Shown piece by piece: positions 40,837-55,747 of a stretch of DNA of 64,000 nucleotides. Numbering within the stretch: position 1 is the first letter of the stretch; each line of letters begins with the position of its first letter. The translations under genes and the position numbers were made by a program. Source of the DNA: Octopus sinensis (Eukaryota); contig NC_043013.1 in NCBI RefSeq assembly GCF_006345805.1, positions 12,710,001 to 12,774,000 of the forward strand. The letters are read 5' to 3'. The notes under the pieces are model-generated. The model was given only the letters and a program-made list of their open reading frames with translations, was not told where the DNA came from and did no database searches.

Positions 40837-42353
40837 TATCATCATCACCTTATTTTATTATTATTATTATTTTTATTAAATAAAAATATTAACACACACA
40901 TACACACACACAAATAACAAAGCATAATTCATCTACTTTGTCTGTTGGAGTATCTCAACCGATCAGCATGTAACTTCCTTTCGGCTTTCGAAACCGCAAC
41001 TCCAAATCACCATACAATAACCTATCACTAGACCAATGAAATTTTACCTCCGATCAGAACTGGACCCTCAAGAAAATAAACAGACTGACTCGGTAAGAGA
41101 ATCAAACAACAGGAACGTTTCATGACCATTCCCCACAGGCAAGACAACCAGGCAGAATGTTAAACTTGGTCTCCAGAAAGAATAAGAATAAGAATTATAA
41201 CGAATCAAAAATTATATTTTTTCACAGAAAAGATTATAGATACACTGATTCTAAAACAGTCCGTTACAGGCGAAAAACCCTCTACGCGACGGTAAAAGGA
41301 ATCACATGCAAGATGAAAGAAACTGTAACAAAATCCCTTTTGCTTACTCTCTTCTTTCTTTATTTGTTTCTCTCTTAACTCAGTATGATTGAACTTTTGG
41401 CGTTCCACATCTTTTATATACTTCGCCCATCATTTTCTGATATTACTGAATTTTGTGAACATTTAATCATTTGAACATATTGTTCCCCATTTTTTACATA
41501 CTTGACCGATCATTTTTGATACTATTGAATTTTGCGAACATTTAATCATTTAAATATGTTTTCTACTTCGCAAACAAAATAGGGCCTTGGGACCGAGGAG
41601 AGGAGGTAACGCTTAGAAAATGTCTTGAAGGATGGTGAACATAGCGACAGAAAATTTGCGACTATTCAGCTACGGGACCAGTGTAAGAAGGGAAGAAAAA
41701 GGGGTACTGACAGTTGGTCACGCGACAGCAGCCGGCAGAGGAGAAAGACTGCAGGGTGAGAGAACGACAGAGAAAAATAGGGAAGGGGTGAAGAGAAAGA
41801 AGAAAGGCTGGGAATACAAGAGAGAGAAGGGGTAAGTAGAAAGTCTATAATAAATAAATACACACACACACATATGTGTATATCTATATATATTGAGTAT
41901 GTTTTAAAATGTGTGGTCTATTTACGGAGTGCTCATAGAGAGCCTATGCGAAAAAATACAGAGTAGAGAAAATTTAAAACGCAAGTCTTAGGAAGTCAAA
42001 CAGATTCCCGAACGCATAAATGAGAAATTTCAATCGAGATAGTTGAATGATATATATTTATACACATCAACATAAATCATACATGTATAGGCGTGAAAAT
42101 GCCCCAAGGTTATAAAGAATGAAATCAAATATACATAGAAATATAGAAGAAATATAAAACATATGTAAAAATACTTATCAAATTACATATAAATAAATTT
42201 ACATGTAACGAGTTATGCGTGATAAATATAGGAGGTGCAAAATGGATGAGAGATTGGTACATTCTGTAAGGATCAGATATCGAGATATGTAGGTATTTAG
42301 TGGGTCTTTCGATATGACAAAGAAAGTTTATCTGGAAATGTCTGTCTACTTAC

Positions 42354-42412
42354 AAATCATCAAAAAATGTCGATGACAAAGGCGATCGAATTTGTGTTTC
42401 TGTTGTTTCAGG
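42354..42412 (-). CDS. Candidate micro-exon A, unit 1 (59 nt, phase 0 to 2): PETTETQIRSPLSSTFFDD(L)
   Basis: Strong acceptor ttaacgttgtttttcctcttttctctag|, consensus donor |gtaagt, open frame. Confidence 0.65.
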
Positions 42413-42837
42413 CTAGAGAAAAGAGGAAAAACAACGTTAATTGTTGAAAGAAACGTTTGGGTTAGTATTTCTAGGTATAGAAAACAAGTTTTAAGTAAAA
42501 TATATGTTTGAAGGAGGAGGTATATAAGTAACAGTAGTAAGCAAGAGACAAAGAATAACCACATCTAAAAGTCTAACAACTACACACGGATATAGACACA
42601 GAAAAATCCATTTACAGAAAAAAGATAAACAGTTTTATTTTCAATTTAGTTTTAGAGATGTCAACATGGTTAGCCTCATTGAATTCAAATAAAGATCTGA
42701 AATCGTATTTACAACTATTTTATTTTTATGAAGTCCAGTATTTATGATATCAGTGCAGATCCTTTTAATATCTTACTAATTTAGGCATTATTAAATAAAA
42801 TCTTTAGGAAAATATCCTCAGATGCAATATAAAACAC

Positions 42838-42899
<62 letters not shown>

Positions 42900-43348
42900 A
42901 TGAAATATAAAGTTCACATCCTGAAATCATCAAAAGTCTCCCAAAAGCCTAAAATTCAAAGATGGAAAACAGTAAAGACATTGAATAGTTCTATAAGTTA
43001 TAAAAAGTTGTTTTTTTAAAAATTATGATGAATATATAAATATCATTTAAAGTAAGTTTATTTAAGTGTGTACATATTAATTCTACATTTTCCCAATTGA
43101 AAAAATTTTACACAATATTTTTAATGAAATTTGTACAACTTTTGCAAGGATTGTGCAGTCTAAACAGGAACTAACTTATCTTTCTCAATTCACCCATGAT
43201 TGCAGGTGTCTTGCACAAATACTATCCACTTATGAACGTAATCCGAACACTTCCTTGCTACACTAGGGTATTAGTTCCAGTGACAATAACATCTATATTC
43301 CCAGAAGATCAACATAGGAATCAACAAAGCGAACCTGACTGGAGTACA

Positions 43349-43400
<52 letters not shown>

Positions 43401-43402
<2 letters not shown>

Positions 43403-44530
43403 TTGGTTTGTTAAGAAAACTCTAGTGGTTTTTAACCTTTAAATTCAGATACACATATCTCGGCTCAGACATCGTCTTATTTTTTGAAGCATTTCTCACT
43501 CAAGAAGTTGACGAAATGCTTGAAAAAGTGGTAGTCGGTAGGCGACAGGTCTAGTGAGTACGGCGGATGAGGCAGAGTCTTGTAGCCCAATTCATTCAAC
43601 TTCTGCAGGGTCAGTTGTGCGACGTGCGGCCGAGCGTTGTCGTGGAGAAGAATTGGTCCTTTTCTATTGAACAATGATGGCTATTGTTGTCGGAGTTTCT
43701 TATGCATTTCATCCATTTACTGACAGAACTTCTCCGCCGTAATGGTTTTGGATCCAAAAAGCTGTGATGGATGAGTCCGGCCGCAGACCACCAAACAGTC
43801 ACTAAGACCTTCTTTTCGTGCAACTTTGGCTTCGGGAAGTGCCTTAGAGCTTCGTCGTTGTCCAACCACTGAGATGAGCATCGCCGGTCGTCGTAAAGAT
43901 TCCACTTTTCATCGTAAGTCACAATCCGGTCGAGAAATGTGTTGTTTTTGTTGCGTAAAAGAAGGGTAGACGACACTTCAAAACAGCGTTTTCTTTCTTT
44001 TTTGGTTGTCGTTCAATTCGTGCGGCACCCATTTCTCGAGTATTTTTGTTTTTCCAATCTCTTTCAAGTGGTTGGAAATTGTCGTTTACGTTACGTCTAA
44101 TTCAGAAGCAAGCTCTTGAGCAGATGTGTGTGGATTGGTTTTCACTAAGGCTCTTAGTTGATCGTTGTCAACATCCGATGGCTGACCACTACGCTTATCA
44201 TCTTCAAGACTCTCATCACTGCTACGAAATCTCTTGAACCACCATTGTGCTGTACGTTGATTAGTGGTTCCTGTGGGGCCAAACACATCGTTGATATCGC
44301 GAGTTGTTTCAGCAGCTTTTCGGCCTAACTTGAACTGCAATAAGAAACTTATGCGAATTTGCTTTTTGTTCATGTTGTATTCAACGTTCCAGAAAAAATG
44401 CCTTAATTATTCAAAAAGAAAAAGAGTAACACGATTAGATAGAGCGAAAAACAGGCTTTAAAATGTTATGTAAAGTCAAAGAAATTTATCGAAAATTCAT
44501 TTGAAAATACATCATTTCCTAACAACCTAA
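43401..44530 (-). mobile_element. Defective mariner element (D,D34D; Hsmar1/cecropia-like), 3'-truncated, unit 1
   Basis: MNKKQIR...QWWFKRFRSSDESLEDDKRSGQPSDVDNDQL...WVPHEL...DEKW...HDNARPH...HPPYSLDLSPTDYHFF, with stops and frameshifts. TIR-like ttaggttgttaggaaa at 44530; the other end is cut at a (TA)n run within coding sequence (KPLEF). Confidence 0.95.
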
Positions 44531-44531
44531 C

Positions 44532-44580
<49 letters not shown>

Positions 44581-44589
44581 TATATTACA

Positions 44590-45250
44590 TTCACTTTCCA
44601 TGTAGCACTGCAACACAATCCCGTTTTCTTTGCTGGACCAGTTCTACTCCCTGCTCTATAATTTGCTGTTGCTGTATCAAGATAACAGCTGTGATCAATC
44701 TGCATCTTTACTGAACCAATGCCGAGCGAGAGGCCTTCTCTTAAGGACCCAACCTCATTTTTTTCTGTCACATCCAGACTTTCTACGCGAACTCCTGTCG
44801 CATAAACTGAGTTAAGATTTCTTTCCCCACCATCGTCATCACCATTATTTTTCAACAACTGATTGCTTCAAGTAACTTTCTATTGGCTGGTTTTGCTATG
44901 GGTCATTCTTTACAGCGTTTACTTTTTCGCAGAACACCGCCCATGGAATGTGTTGACATTTCTTTCGTATTTATAATAATTGTTGATGTATAAACGAGAG
45001 TCCACGAAGAAACAGTAATGCGCATTCTCTTCCCGTTTGGCAATTCTTTGCCCCTACATTTTACTCTTTTCTCCCGCTTCAAAGTAAGCACCGCAAAATT
45101 CGAGATACATATTTCCGTCACTATATCCTTGTTGCACATTTGCACAGTCTCAACACCAGCCTTTCCTTTTCAGACTCTGCTGTTTGCGAAAAGTTTTAAA
45201 TCAGCCGTGAAGAGGTGTTTGAGACGAGGTCCATTCTTTCTCAGCTTGTA
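44590..45250 (-). mobile_element. Degenerate Dong/R4-like LINE RT fragment, unit 1
   Basis: HLFTADLKLFANS...VETVQMCNKDIVTEICISNFAVLTLKREKRVKCRGKELPNGKRMR resembles the RT YxDD box (HLxxxDDLKLF) and following motif. Confidence 0.65.
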
Positions 45251-45340
45251 GTGCCCATTGATTTTGCATAGCGCTACAGAAAGTTCAAACCAATATTCTA
45301 CACGCTATTACTTATAGTTTAATCTAAAACTATTTTCACT

Positions 45341-45389
<49 letters not shown>

Positions 45390-46035
45390 TAGAATGTACT
45401 CTTGATGCGTAAAAAAATTAACGTATTCCTTCTTAAATATGGTAAATGTGATCAACCTAAGAGACAGAAAGTTGAAGCAGAAAGAAACCACAAGCTAGCA
45501 GCATATCTAAGTATTCAGGAAATATTCAGTATGTGAACTAATAAGAGTTTGGGAAGTGAGATGGGGTGGGCACCCGCAGTGACTTAGTATTATAAATAAT
45601 GACAAGAAGGAAAGCATTGGTATAAGGAAGGAGTTAGAGTCATCAAAAGACCGATAGAAAAGGATGTCAGTAGAATTCTCTGACGAAATTAGAGAGGAGG
45701 CGAGGAACAAGACAAAAGTCACATCAGATTACAAAGGGCAGTATGGCTATAGATAAGGAGTAATGAAGTGCATCATATTTTAGGGATACTAAACCACAGG
45801 GAACCAGACGTGACTTGAGATGTGTCATTGGGGAGGTTGGAAGGTGGAGAGTCAACCTATAATATGCGTTTAAACAAATGAGATGGCGGCGTCAATTTCC
45901 ATCTCGGCATCTGAAACTCGGAGTTTTATCACGGCTACTGAATAATTGTCACATATGATATTTACAGATAAATTCCTCTATTTAAATAACATCAAGGTCA
46001 CTTTCATTGTTTTGCAGTTTTACCATTTTTATCAA

Positions 46036-46154
<119 letters not shown>

Positions 46155-46162
46155 TTGTGTGT

Positions 46163-46458
46163 GGAGGCGCAATGGCCCAGTGGTTAGGGCAGTGGACTCG
46201 CGGTCGTAGGATCGTGGTTTCGATTCCAAGATCGGGCATTGTGAGTGTTTATTGAGCGAAAGCACCTATAGCTCCACGAGACTCCGGCAGCGGGTGGTGG
46301 CGATTCCTGCTGTACTCTTTCGCCGCAACTTTCTTCTGTTGGTCTGCTCGCTTAGCCAGCGGGGTGGTGTTATCTGAAGGCTAAATCAATGCGAAGCGCA
46401 TTGTGACCAGCGATGTGTAGCAACATCTGATAGCCTGGTCGGTCACGTGATCACGTGA
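46163..46458 (+). mobile_element. SINE family C, unit 2
   Basis: As 37186, without the deletion. Confidence 0.9.
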
Positions 46459-46834
46459 GAAAAAAATATATAAGTTCTAATTTACCCTAATTATACAAAA
46501 AAGCCAGTAGCTGGTTCAACCATTGCGTAATATAGTAGTTATCACTACTAATAAAGAAAATTTATTTTGCTCTATGATTATGTAAAATAGTAAACTAATC
46601 TATCACTACGAGAAATAGAACGCTGCTTCACATATGTGAAAAATAATAATCAGCTGTACATTGGTATACTGGAAAATGTACATTGGTATACTGGAAAATG
46701 TATTAAGATATTCATAAGCAAAATTTATAAGGTTGCTGTTAATACGGAGTCTTTGATGAAATTCCAAAACACTCATTGGTCATAAGTTGTGCAAACAGAA
46801 GTAATAGAGAAATAAATGAAAAACATTAAATTAC

Positions 46835-46904
46835 TTGGGATTCTTGGTCACCATAACTGTCTACTTCAGACAATGATTCTAAATTCCTCTCAGAAGATAG
46901 TGAT
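46835..46904 (-). CDS. Candidate micro-exon B, unit 2: (L)SLSSERNLESLSEVDSYGDQESQ
   Basis: Same splice sites and length as unit 1; 3 substitutions, frame open. Confidence 0.6.
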
Positions 46905-48308
46905 CTACAAAAAATGAACCAAGGAGGAAGTTTAAGATTAGTGAAAGTTGTTTGTCATATGGAGTGTAGTTAACATTCTGGACATTTGAACTTCATCTAA
47001 AAGTTAAGAAAAGGAGGAAAGTGATATTATTGCATGGGTTGGGAGAAATAAACAATGGAATATTATTGAAAGACTAATATAGGAGGTGATGAGAAGGATG
47101 ACCAAGAGGGAGTTAAGGTCAGAATGAGTCAGAAGTTAGAGGAATGGTCAGGGTCTGGTGAGCAAAGGCGGAGAGGAAAGCTAAGAACATATGAGGAGAA
47201 GGTAGAAAGAGTCAGTGAGGATTATGAATAAATTTATGGAGTAATATCTATGTGTATTTAGACCTGTTATGAAATTAGGAATACATTTCAATAAGTAGCT
47301 TTGAACAATTTTATTTCAAAAGAGAGGTCAGCAAATACTCATGTAATTAATATCAAGTCATCAAATTTCTACAATTTTGAAATGGCATTTAATTGGTACA
47401 ATTTTGATTGTGTTTTGATATATAGCCTTCTGCCATTTATCTCGGTTTTGTGGGATGTGTAGGTGTGTGAGATCTGATGAACTGTAAAAGACAGTATATC
47501 TGCTTAATTTAATTCACATCTCTAGAAAAACGTCTGCTCCAATGTATGATTTCTTACATAAAATAAGACCTCAAATTTCAACAATTACCATAAGGTATTT
47601 TGTTTGACCGTTTTATAATTCTGCTAATCCACTACATTTTCTTCAAATGTATATTAAGACACAAACAAACGGTAATATTAGAAGAGATAAACTGATAGGC
47701 TAAACATTTCTGACTTGACTGTATGTATTTAGTGGAGATACTTAGCGTTTATGGGGCAAATTTCAAAGCTACACTAAATACACGGTGGTAACACACTTTA
47801 CATTGTTCTTAGTTTGCACGGATTTACTTGAGCATTGCTTTTGTTGGAACCAAAATGTTTTCGCTTTTCCCTTTATATCTACAGGAAACCCCTTTGTAGT
47901 TTCCGATTCAATGTTTCCTTTTCCTTACCGTTATAACGTCATTTCATTTCTTCAATACAAAAGGTTCTGACTAATGCTTAAGTAAGAATTAATATCATAT
48001 ATTTATAAATATCTGATAAATATTTTCGAGACTAAATAATAATTTCAAATGTCCAGAAAATTGATTTTTTTAGAACTGAAAGTATATTATCAAATCTAGT
48101 TCAAAATGGTTAAAGTCGTCAACAGAAACTATGAAAGAGTGAAGTATAAAAGAAAAAACAGAAACAAGGAAACAATCAGAGTCAGTGAAATTGCTGGATC
48201 TCTTGTAACTTTAAAACAAACATCACAACTACATGGTTACATTACATCAACAAAGGAAAATACTTTACTTCATAGAATATAAAATCCAATATCACCATAA
48301 TACCTATA

Positions 48309-48385
<77 letters not shown>

Positions 48386-49040
48386 TGTATTTCGGAATGG
48401 TCATTTTGACAGTTTAGCCAATAAAAACACACGCACTATATATTTTGTGTTACTTTGCTTCAGTGTTATTTATTTTTTACATTAAACTTAATCTTATTTC
48501 GGTCAGAGTTCTTTCGTCACACAAACGTGACCGCATCAGTGGTCCTTTGCATTCTTCTTTTTTATTTGTGTGTCTCTCCTTACTAACCGTCAGCCATTTT
48601 GCTTTTGTATTGTATGTGTCTATGTGTATTCATTTGCGCATGCTTATATCTCTATGTGCGTCCATGTTTAATTAGTGTGTGTGTGTGTGAATACCTGTAA
48701 TATTTGTATCTTCTGTTTATATACGTTCGTGTAATTTGTTTTTGTTTTTGTTTATTCTTATTTTGTTCATGTATTTACATCCACTTATTATTATTATCAT
48801 TACGTATGCTTGTATGTATGTATGTATGTATGTATGTATAACAACAATACTACTACTAATAATAATAATAATAATGATAATAAAACATTTTAAAACATTT
48901 AAAAATTTTAAAAAAATCTTTTAAATTTAAGAAAAAATTATATAGTTATTTATTTCTATTTGTTTATTTATCTGTGTATTTTATCTATTATGTTTTCGGC
49001 TTTGTTTATATTGTAACCAGTTTATGGGGATCCTCTACTG

Positions 49041-49342
49041 TCATATGTTGTGGTGTGTGCTATTGTTCCATTCCAGTTTCCTATTCAGGCTAGGTTTATC
49101 TTCTATTATGTGTGTAGCTTCCGTAATTTGTCAGATTGTTGTATCTGTTCTATGCGTGGACAAGATTTTAACTTCTATGTTGTTGATTGATCCCCGTGTT
49201 CATTATCGGCATGTTGGTACAGAATCGATGAGCTCTTAGCTTCCTTAAGTTCTCTCCAATGTCCATTTACCCGCTCTACTATGCTTCGTGCCGTTTCCCC
49301 TACGTATGTCGTTGTCTTGTTACTGCTCATCCCTCTATACAT
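49041..49342 (-). mobile_element. Penelope GIY-YIG fragment, unit 2 (frameshifted)
   Basis: gatccccgtg here versus gatcccccgtg in unit 1 (1-bp loss). Confidence 0.78.
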
Positions 49343-49498
49343 CTTATACTATAGACTACTTTTATCTTAGCTTGAATATTTTAAGTTTTATAATTATTAA
49401 TTTTTATCAATATTAAGTATTTACTATTATTCATTTTCATTTTTATTAAATTTCATATTTTAACATTTTTGTATACTTTCTTTTATTATTATCTTTTA

Positions 49499-49682
49499 GG
49501 CGGCGAACTGGCAGAATCGTTAGCGCGTCGCTTCGTTCGGAGTTCAAATTCCACCGAGTCGATTTTGCTTTTCATCCTTTTGAGGGTCGATAAATTAAGT
49601 ACCAGTAAAAACACTGGAGTCGGTGTAACCGACTAGTCTCTTCCCCACAAACTCGAGACCTTGTACCTACAGTAGAAAGGAT
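49499..49682 (+). mobile_element. SINE family B, unit 2
   Basis: Copy of 40653-40836. Confidence 0.88.
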
Positions 49683-51194
49683 TATTATCATCACCTTATT
49701 TTACTACTATTACTATTTTTCTTAAATATAAATATTAACACACACACAAATAACAAAGCATATTTCATCTACTTTGTTGGAGTATCTCAACCGATCAGCA
49801 TGTAACTTCCTTTCGGCTTTCGAAACCGCAACTCCAAATCACCATGCAATAACCTATCACTAGACCAAGGAAATTTTACCTCCGATCAGAAGTGGACTCT
49901 CAAGAAAATAAACAGACTGACTCGGTAAGAGAATCATACAACAGGAACGTTTCATGACCATTCCCCACAGGCAAGACAACCAGGCAGAATGTTAAACTTG
50001 GTCTCCAGAAAGAATAAGAATAAGAATTATAACGAATCAAAAATTATATTCTTTCACAGAAAAGATTATAGATACACTGATTCCAAAGCAGTCCGTTACA
50101 GGCGAAAAACCCTCTACGCGACGGTAAAAGGAATCACATGCAAGATGAAAGAAACTGTAACAAAATCCCTTTTGCTTACTCTCTTCTTTCTTTATTTGTT
50201 TCTCTCTTAACTCAGTATGATTGAACTTTTGGCGTTCCACATCTTTTATATACTTCGCCCATCATTTTCTGATATTATTGAATTTTGTGAACATTTAATC
50301 ATTTAAACATATTGATCCACACTTTTTACATTCTTAACCTATCATTTATGATACTATTGAATTTTGCGAACATTTAATCATTTAAATATGTTTTGTACTT
50401 CGCAAACAAAATAGGGCCTTGGGACCGAGGAGAGGAGGTAACGCTTAGAAAATATCTTGAAGGATGGTGAACATAGCGACAGAAAATTTGCGACTGTTCA
50501 GCTACGGAACCAGTGTAAGAAGGGAAGAAAAAGGGGTACTGACAGTTGGTCACGCGACAGTAGCAGGCAGAGGAGAAAGACTGCAGGGTGAGAGAACGAC
50601 AGAGAAAAATAGGGAAGGGATGAAGGGAAAGAAGAAAGGCTGGGAATACAAGAGAGAGAAGGGGTAAGTAGAAAGTCTATAATAAATAAATACACACACA
50701 CACATATGTGTATATCTATATATATTAAGTATGTAAGTATGTTTTAAAAGTTGTGGGCTAATTACGGAGTGCTCTTAGAGAGCCTATGCGAAAAAATACA
50801 GAGTAGAAAAAATTCAAAACGCAAGTCTTAGGAAGTCAAACAGATTCCCGAACGCATAAATGAGAAATTTCAATCGAAGTAGTTGAATGATATATATTTA
50901 TACACATCAACATAAATCATACATGTACAGGCGTGAAAATGCTCCAAGGTTATAAAGAATGAAATCAAACATACATAGAAATATAGAAGAAATATAAAAA
51001 TTTATATAAAAATACTTATCAAATTACATATAAATAAATTTACATATAACGAGTTATGCGTGATAAATATAGGAGGTGCAAAATGGATGAGAGATTGGTA
51101 CATTCTGTAAGGATCAGATATCGAGATATGTAGGTATTTAATGGGTCTTTCGATATGATGAAGAAAGTTTATCTGGAAATGTCTGTCTACTTAC

Positions 51195-51253
51195 AAATCA
51201 TCAAAAGATGTCGATGTCAAAGGCAATTGAATTTGTGTTTCTGTTGTTTCAGG
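51195..51253 (-). CDS. Candidate micro-exon A, unit 2: PETTETQIQLPLTSTSFDD(L)
   Basis: gttgtttttcttctattctctag| ... |gtaagt; 59 nt, frame open. Confidence 0.65.
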
Positions 51254-51678
51254 CTAGAGAATAGAAGAAAAACAACGTTAATTGTTGAAAGAAACGTTTG
51301 GGTTAGTATTTCTAGGTATAGAAAACAAGTTTTAAGTAAAATATATGTTTGAAGGAGGAGGTATATAAGTAACAGTAGTAAGCAAGAGGCAAATAATAAC
51401 CACATCTAAAAGTCTAACAACTACACACGGATATAGACACAGAAAAATCCATTTACAGAAAAAAGATAAACAGTTTTACTTTCAATTTAGTTTTAGAGAT
51501 GTCAACATGGTTAGCCTCATTGAATTCAAATAAAGATCTGAAATCGTATTTACAACTATTTTATTTTTATGAAGTCCAGTATTTATGATATCAGTGCAGA
51601 TCCTTTTAATATCTTACTAATTTAGGCATTATTAAATAAAATCTTTAGGAAAATATCCTCAGATGCAATATAAAACAC

Positions 51679-51752
<74 letters not shown>

Positions 51753-52201
51753 ATGAAATATAAAGTTCACATCCTGAAATCATCAAAAGTCTCCCAAAAG
51801 CCTAAAATTCAAAGATGGAAAACAGTAAAGACATTGAATAGTTCTATAAGTTATAAAAAGTTGTTTTTTTAAAAATTATGATGAATATATAAATATCATT
51901 TAAAGTAAGTTTATTTAAGTGTGTACATATTAATTCTACATTTTCCCAATTGAAAAAATTTTACACAATATTTTTAATGAAATTTGTACAACTTTTGCAA
52001 GGATTGTGCAGTCTAAACAGGAACTAACTTATCTTTCTCAATTCACCCATGATTGCAGGTGTCTTGCACAAATACTATCCACTTATGAACGTAATCCGAA
52101 CACTTCCTTGCTACACTAGGGTATTAGTTCCAGTGACAATAACATCTATATTCCCAGAAGATCAACATAGGAATCAACAAAGCGAACCTGACTGGAGTAC
52201 A

Positions 52202-52239
<38 letters not shown>

Positions 52240-52241
<2 letters not shown>

Positions 52242-53369
52242 TTGGTTTGTTAAGAAAACTCTAGTGGTTTTTAACCTTTAAATTCAGATACACATATCTC
52301 GGCTCAGACATCGTCTTATTTTTTGAAGCATTTCTCACTCAAGAAGTTGACGAAATGCTTGAAAAAGTGGTAGTCGGTAGGCGACAGGTCTAGTGAGTAC
52401 GGCGGATGAGGCAGAGTCTTGTAGCCCAATTCATTCAACTTCTGCAGGGTCAGTTGTGCGACGTGCGGCCGAGCGTTGTCGTGGAGAAGAATTGGTCCTT
52501 TTCTATTGAACAATGATGGCTATTGTTGTCGGAGTTTCTTATGCATTTCATCCATTTACTGACAGAACTTCTCCGCCGTAATGGTTTTGGATCCAAAAAG
52601 CTGTGATGGATGAGTCCGGCCGCAGACCACCAAACAGTCACTAAGACCTTCTTTTCGTGCAACTTTGGCTTCGGGAAGTGCCTTAGAGCTTCGTCGTTGT
52701 CCAACCACTGAGATGAGCATCGCCGGTCGTCGTAAAGATTCCACTTTTCATCGTAAGTCACAATCCGGTCGAGAAATGTGTTGTTTTTGTTGCGTAAAAG
52801 AAGGGTAGACGACACTTCAAAACAGCGTTTTCTTTCTTTTTTGGTTGTCGTTCAATTCGTGCGGCACCCATTTCTCGAGTATTTTTGTTTTTCCAATCTC
52901 TTTCAAGTGGTTGGAAATTGTCGTTTACGTTACGTCTAATTCAGAAGCAAGCTCTTGAGCAGATGTGTGTGGATTGGTTTTCACTAAGGCTCTTAGTTGA
53001 TCGTTGTCAACATCCGATGGCTGACCACTACGCTTATCATCTTCAAGACTCTCATCACTGCTACGAAATCTCTTGAACCACCATTGTGCTGTACGTTGAT
53101 TAGTGGTTCCTGTGGGGCCAAACACATCGTTGATATCGCGAGTTGTTTCAGCAGCTTTTCGGCCTAACTTGAACTGCAATAAGAAACTTATGCGAATTTG
53201 CTTTTTGTTCATGTTGTATTCAACGTTCCAGAAAAAATGCCTTAATTATTCAAAAAGAAAAAGAGTAACACGATTAGATAGAGCGAAAAACAGGCTTTAA
53301 AATGTTATGTAAAGTCAAAGAAATTTATCGAAAATTCATTTGAAAATACATCATTTCCTAACAACCTAA
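52240..53369 (-). mobile_element. Defective mariner, unit 2
   Basis: Translated ORF fragments identical to unit 1. Confidence 0.95.
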
Positions 53370-53370
53370 C

Positions 53371-53417
<47 letters not shown>

Positions 53418-53429
53418 TATATTACATTC

Positions 53430-54090
53430 ACTTTCCATGTAGCACTGCAACACAATCCCGTTTTCTTTGCTGGACCAGTTCTACTCCCTGCTCTATAATT
53501 TGCTGTTGCTGTATCAAGATAACAGCTGTGATCAATCTGCATCTTTACTGAACCAATGCCGAGCGAGAGGCCTTCTCTTAAGGACCCAACCTCATTTTTT
53601 TCTGTCACATCCAGACTTTCTACGCGAACTCCTGTCGCATAAACTGAGTTAAGATTTCTTTCCCCACCATCGTCATCACCATTATTTTTCAACAACTGAT
53701 TGCTTCAAGTAACTTTCTATTGGCTGGTTTTGCTATGGGTCATTCTTTACAGCGTTTACTTTTTCGCAGAACACCGCCCATGGAATGTGTTGACATTTCT
53801 TTCGTATTTATAATAATTGTTGATGTATAAACGAGAGTCCACGAAGAAACAGTAATGCGCATTCTCTTCCCGTTTGGCAATTCTTTGCCCCTACATTTTA
53901 CTCTTTTCTCCCGCTTCAAAGTAAGCACCGCAAAATTCGAGATACATATTTCCGTCACTATATCCTTGTTGCACATTTGCACAGTCTCAACACCAGCCTT
54001 TCCTTTTCAGACTCTGCTGTTTGCGAAAAGTTTTAAATCAGCCGTGAAGAGGTGTTTGAGACGAGGTCCATTCTTTCTCAGCTTGTAGTG
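53430..54090 (-). mobile_element. Dong/R4-like LINE fragment, unit 2
   Basis: Copy of 44590-45250. Confidence 0.65.
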
Positions 54091-54177
54091 CCCATTGATT
54101 TTGCATAGCGCTACAGAAAGTTCAAACCAATATTCTACACGCTATTACTTATAGTTTAATCTAAAACTATTTTCACT

Positions 54178-54226
<49 letters not shown>

Positions 54227-54872
54227 TAGAATGTACTCTTGATGCGTAAAAAAATTAACGTATTCCTTCTTAAATATGGTAAATGTGATCAACCTAAGAG
54301 ACAGAAAGTTGAAGCAGAAAGAAACCACAAGCTAGCAGCATATCTAAGTATTCAGGAAATATTCAGTATGTGAACTAATAAGAGTTTGGGAAGTGAGATG
54401 GGGTGGGCACCCGCAGTGACTTAGTATTATAAATAATGACAAGAAGGAAAGCATTGGTATAAGGAAGGAGTTAGAGTCATCAAAAGACCGATAGAAAAGG
54501 ATGTCAGTAGAATTCTCTGACGAAATTAGAGAGGAGGCGAGGAACAAGACAAAAGTCACATCAGATTACAAAGGGCAGTATGGCTATAGATAAGGAGTAA
54601 TGAAGTGCATCATATTTTAGGGATACTAAACCACAGGGAACCAGACGTGACTTGAGATGTGTCATTGGGGAGGTTGGAAGGTGGAGAGTCAACCTATAAT
54701 ATGCGTTTAAACAAATGAGATGGCGGCGTCAATTTCCATCTCGGCATCTGAAACTCGGAGTTTTATCACGGCTACTGAATAATTGTCACATATGATATTT
54801 ACAGATAAATTCCTCTATTTAAATAACATCAAGGTCACTTTCATTGTTTTGCAGTTTTACCATTTTTATCAA

Positions 54873-54997
<125 letters not shown>

Positions 54998-55005
54998 TTG
55001 TGTGT

Positions 55006-55301
55006 GGAGGCGCAATGGCCCAGTGGTTAGGGCAGTGGACTCGCGGTCGTAGGATCGTGGTTTCGATTCCAAGATCGGGCATTGTGAGTGTTTATTGAGC
55101 GAAAGCACCTATAGCTCCACGAGACTCCGGCAGCGGGTGGTGGCGATTCCTGCTGTACTCTTTCGCCGCAACTTTCTTCTGTTGGTCTGCTCGCTTAGCC
55201 AGCGGGGTGGTGTTATCTGAAGGCTAAATCAATGCGAAGCGCATTGTGACCAGCGATGTGTAGCAACATCTGATAGCCTGGTCGGTCACGTGATCACGTG
55301 A
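55006..55301 (+). mobile_element. SINE family C, unit 3
   Basis: Copy of 46163-46458. Confidence 0.9.
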
Positions 55302-55677
55302 GAAAAAAATATATAAGTTCTAATTTACCCTAATTATACAAAAAAGCCAGTAGCTGGTTCAACCATTGCGTAATATAGTAGTTATCACTACTAATAAAGA
55401 AAATTTATTTTGCTCTATGATTATGTAAAATAGTAAACTAATCTATCACTACGAGAAATAGAACGCTGCTTCACATATGTGAAAAATAATAATCAGCTGT
55501 ACATTGGTATACTGGAAAATGTACATTGGTATACTGGAAAATGTATTAAGATATTCATAAGCAAAATTTATAAGGTTGCTGTTAATACGGAGTCTTTGAT
55601 GAAATTCCAAAACACTCATTGGTCATAAGTTGTGCAAACAGAAGTAATAGAGAAATAAATGAAAAACATTAAATTAC

Positions 55678-55747
55678 TTGGGATTCTTGGTCACCATAAC
55701 TGTCTACTTCAGACAATGATTCTAAATTCCTCTCAGAAGATAGTGAT
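55678..55747 (-). CDS. Candidate micro-exon B, unit 3
   Basis: Identical to the unit 2 copy, including splice sites. Confidence 0.6.

Noticed and set aside
42412-42460. Plus-strand candidate exon (ttgtttcag|GCTAGAG...TGG|gttagt; LEKRGKTTLIVERNVW)
   Set aside because: It is the antisense of the minus-strand exon A polypyrimidine tract, and I found no phase-compatible plus-strand partner in the unit. Not formally excluded.
45500-45860. Possible LINE APE-endonuclease remnants (also 38090-38290: PDHTSNL-LILT)
   Set aside because: Only faint motif resemblance, and the order within a unit is opposite to a native ORF; needs an HMM search.
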